Source: Neophaeotheca triangularis (Eukaryota). Taken from it: 64,000 nt of DNA. Within the stretch, counting starts at the first letter, position 1. Every line of letters starts with the position of its first letter. Below the pieces are notes generated by a model. The model was given only the letters and a program-made list of their open reading frames with translations. It was not told where the DNA came from and searched no databases. Shown here piece by piece: positions 60,863 to 64,000 of this stretch. Made by a program: the position numbers and the translations under genes. Where the stretch lies: assembly GCA_054600435.1 (NCBI GenBank), contig BAAIJX010000077.1:1-64000 (forward strand), given 5' to 3'.

Positions 60863-63800
60863 GTTTTCTGTGTGCAGCATGTTAGCGATGACCGAGACAG
60901 CACTGCAGTGTAAGACTTCCCTCATTGGAGCTATCAGCCGCCGTGTGGGCGTTGTGTTGGAACGATGGCGTGATGGGTTGGGAAGTCTGATGAGCGAGGA
61001 AAAATTAGCGAAGAACAGACTGCTCGAAGGGAAGGGAAAAGGGGAGGGTAATGAGCACCTGGGCCTGAGCAGAACTCAGACTTTGTTTGGTAGCCGGTCA
61101 GACTGAAACAATGTTGGCGGGTCGTTCTCGCAAGCGGTGGGGCAAGACTATTGCGCAACGATTAGCGAAGAACGAGTTGTTCGACCAGAAAACGTGGGGG
61201 GGGGATGAGCACCTGGGCTGAGCCAATGGCTCAGCAAGCAAATGGTCAACTTGGTGGGTAGCCTTATGGGGTGCTGATGGGCGGGTGCGACGGCGAGGCT
61301 AGGTGTCTGCATGTAGTTATTGAGTGATCTCGTGGTCAACGTTTGAAGGGAGGGTTGAGTACCTAGGCCATGGAGTGCGAGACATGCCATGACCAGGTGG
61401 GCATATGGTCACTTGAAACGTCGGATGTGGTGAGGTGTTGATGATTGTCGATGCTTATGGGAAGGTATGTTAGTAAGAGTCTATTCAGCAAAGGTATGGA
61501 AGGAAGGTTATGTGAGGATGTGTCAAGAGATGAAGGCATTGGGTGTGTTTGATGTGAGGTGAAGTATATGTCAAGGAAGACGTGATCAATGTCATACCAT
61601 GTGTGGTTGCTGCAATGGTGTGTCGATGGTAGGCGAAGGTGGTATGGTAGAGACAGTTGTGTAAGAGAGTGGAGGTGAGGAAGTTGTCGAATAATGTTGG
61701 TTGTTGGTCGATGTCGAAACTATTTAGAGGAGTGGGAGATACAGGTCAGCCAGCCGAGTTTTGTCAAAAAGCAAGTGGTCTATGCTTTTCGCTACCACTC
61801 CGGTGTGCGTTTGAAAGTGGGACTGTCGAAACCAGTGGGACGTGTTTGCCTTGGCGGCAGCAAGGCGGCGGTATGGTATGGTCTGAAGAGTTGCCGTATA
61901 CGCGTTGGTGTACCCTATATTGCTCATGGATCGACGTGGTCGACCGACATGTTTCTACTGTGTGATATCCATTGGTTTGAACATCATATCCTGTCCCTGA
62001 CAGACACCATTGTTGTGTTTTCCCCATTGGATCGCAAATAAGGGCTTCCCAGCCAGAAGTCTTGTACAGGGGAGGCTGCCTCAGGCTGGGGGGCCTCCCA
62101 GGCCGCAGTGAAGTTCACCAGGATAGTATTATTGTCGGTGGGCAGCAATAATATCGCGCGAGTCTGATCTCCCCTGGAATACTAGGAGATAGACATAAGA
62201 GAACCTCACAAAGGTGCTCTGTTGTAGTTTTGCCGCCAGACGTACTCTTATGCAATACGCTGGCCTGTCTTACTAGAGGTTCCAACACGCAAGAGGAACG
62301 CTTGTCAAACACGCTCTCACTTATTCTCTCGTCTACCAGGGCGCTGATGTTGTGTGTTTGGGTCTTGTGGCCCTCACAAGATCGAGTGTATTGCACATAG
62401 AGCCGTTTGGCAGTACTCTTAACGACTCTCAGTGCGGCGCATAGTCTAGCTAATTGTCGTTGAAACGCGTCCCAACGTGCCCTGGGAAATATGGTACAGG
62501 TAATCAGTCTTTCTGGCGCGCCATGCTGTAACCATCTCGTATGAGGTCCAGAGGCAGAGAGATTTGGCCTTCTATTCGAAGTTGGAACGGTTTCAACCAT
62601 TGAGTACGAATCGGAAAACTGAGGCCCAACTGGCTATGATAGTACCACAAAATGCTGCATCCACCGGCGTTACTGGTGAGAGAAAAGCAATGCCGAACCA
62701 AGAACGTCAAGGTTCCAGACGAGCCGAAACTGGCAAAGCAATGGCACAGTACAGCATGCCATCGCAATGATCCCCCTACGCACTCGCAACATCGACCTAC
62801 CCAACCGCTATCGAACCTTTTTCACTTCGCCGAGACAAGACAGAGACTTTGGTGAAATGCAAGAAACAGCGCGTTTCAGTTCGCCTAGAAAATAGTAACG
62901 ACCGTGCGCAAGGGGCTATTGTTTCCCTACCTGGGCTACATTGATGGAAGAGACGGGCCTAGGGCGACGAGTACCGCATTCGCGACAGGAACTATTCTAT
63001 ACGTGAGCAAGAGGAGTCTACAGGCAAGGCCGGGCATATCGATCACAAACATCCCTGAGAATGGCAACTGGCGCTGCAGTAATGGCTGTTGCGGAAGGCT
63101 GGCAATGTGGCCGATCGTACGGTAGGTTGACGATGCGAGCAGAAGAGCAATGATAAAGAACGGTCACTGAGTGTTGACTAGAAAGACGAGTACATAGCAT
63201 CTAGTTCTTACGGAAGTATCGGGAGCACGCGATGACTTAGAGAAGCACCCGGTAGCATCGTTTGCTAGTTGCTGTATCAGCTTCCAATTCCAAGCCACAG
63301 GGCAGCTCTTTTTGCAGTACCGCAAGCTTGTATCTGACGCGTTCACGAGAGTTATCTGGTGAGATCAGACACAGCCCGTGGCAGACCCTTCGAGCCTTAT
63401 CAACACTGTATCTTTGCCGTGAGCAGAATGCCAAATCTTTCAATAATCTGCTTTCCGCCTTGAACTCTGGTTCACTTGCGCCAGTGCATCAGAAGAGCGA
63501 GCTGTTTTCGGGCTGACGAATCGACATCCTCAACAAACTACCAACAGGCCTCCACCGTTCAATCCATTGGATAGGGACCTCACGATGAGATCTTTTCAGT
63601 CAAGATGCGCTCCTCTGGCTTACACTAATACCTACACAGCTTTTCCCGCGCCGCGATCAACGTACAGGCTGGCCACGCGAGCTAACGATTCCAACCTCTC
63701 GAAACTAGAAGAGTATCTACCCAGTTAACCAACGGGTCTAAGAATTTGGCGGCCATCGAGGTCTTCAAGAGCTTTAGGGTGATTCACAAGGCAAGCGATG

Positions 63801-64000
63801 TCTAAAGAGCTAAGAAAAGCTGGATCAGGATATAAAAACGATGATAGAAGGAAGCTGATTGGATGTAGGCGGATGGTCACAATGGCAGGCAGATAACGGC
63901 AAAGTACTGCAGTGCTGTACTAGACTCGAGTCGAGCGTTTACATTAGCTCTTCTGGCCGGTCGAAATCTCTTCGCTAAGCGACGTCTCATCCGCGATTAG

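Noticed and set aside
59516..60925. Repeat-protein gene (short ORFs with SGAAA..CRRLRVGGPS)
   Set aside because: The peptide similarity follows from the DNA repeat. Exon lengths are mostly not multiples of three, indels shift the frame within modules, and stops close all frames.
62070..62099. Isolated GC hairpin GGGAGGC..GCCTCCC as an eleventh module
   Set aside because: It lacks the conserved cccgccca loop, the second stem and the flanking splice signals.
62115..64000. Transposon or gene remnant at the window end
   Set aside because: No recognisable motif in any frame; only short ORFs.

Overview
This is eukaryotic DNA from a filamentous ascomycete, judged by short GT-AG introns with CTRAC/CTAAT branch points and fungal-type housekeeping genes. 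About 1-51.5 kb is a gene-dense, core-like region. It holds a cytochrome b5/acyl-CoA dehydrogenase fusion, an NADP-type alcohol dehydrogenase, tricalbin, an NmrA-like reductase, a frameshifted HET-domain remnant, a secreted GH43, the U2AF small subunit and alkaline phosphatase. It also holds two hypothetical proteins, importin-11/Kap120, three clustered Myb/SANT-like genes, a DUF3253 protein, an Nbp2-like SH3 protein and a TRP-like/FLC membrane protein. After about 51.5 kb the sequence is gene-poor, with an MFS transporter carrying an in-frame premature TAG and scattered exon-like fragments. The most striking feature is at about 59.6-60.9 kb: ten tandem copies of a GC-rich double-hairpin module whose stems show compensatory base changes. 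On the minus strand almost every module sits in its own exon, between short canonical-looking spliceosomal introns (mostly 45-60 nt). The predicted spliced product is closed in all three frames, which makes it a candidate spliced, modular structured ncRNA or 5' leader. All calls were made by eye; no database searches were run.
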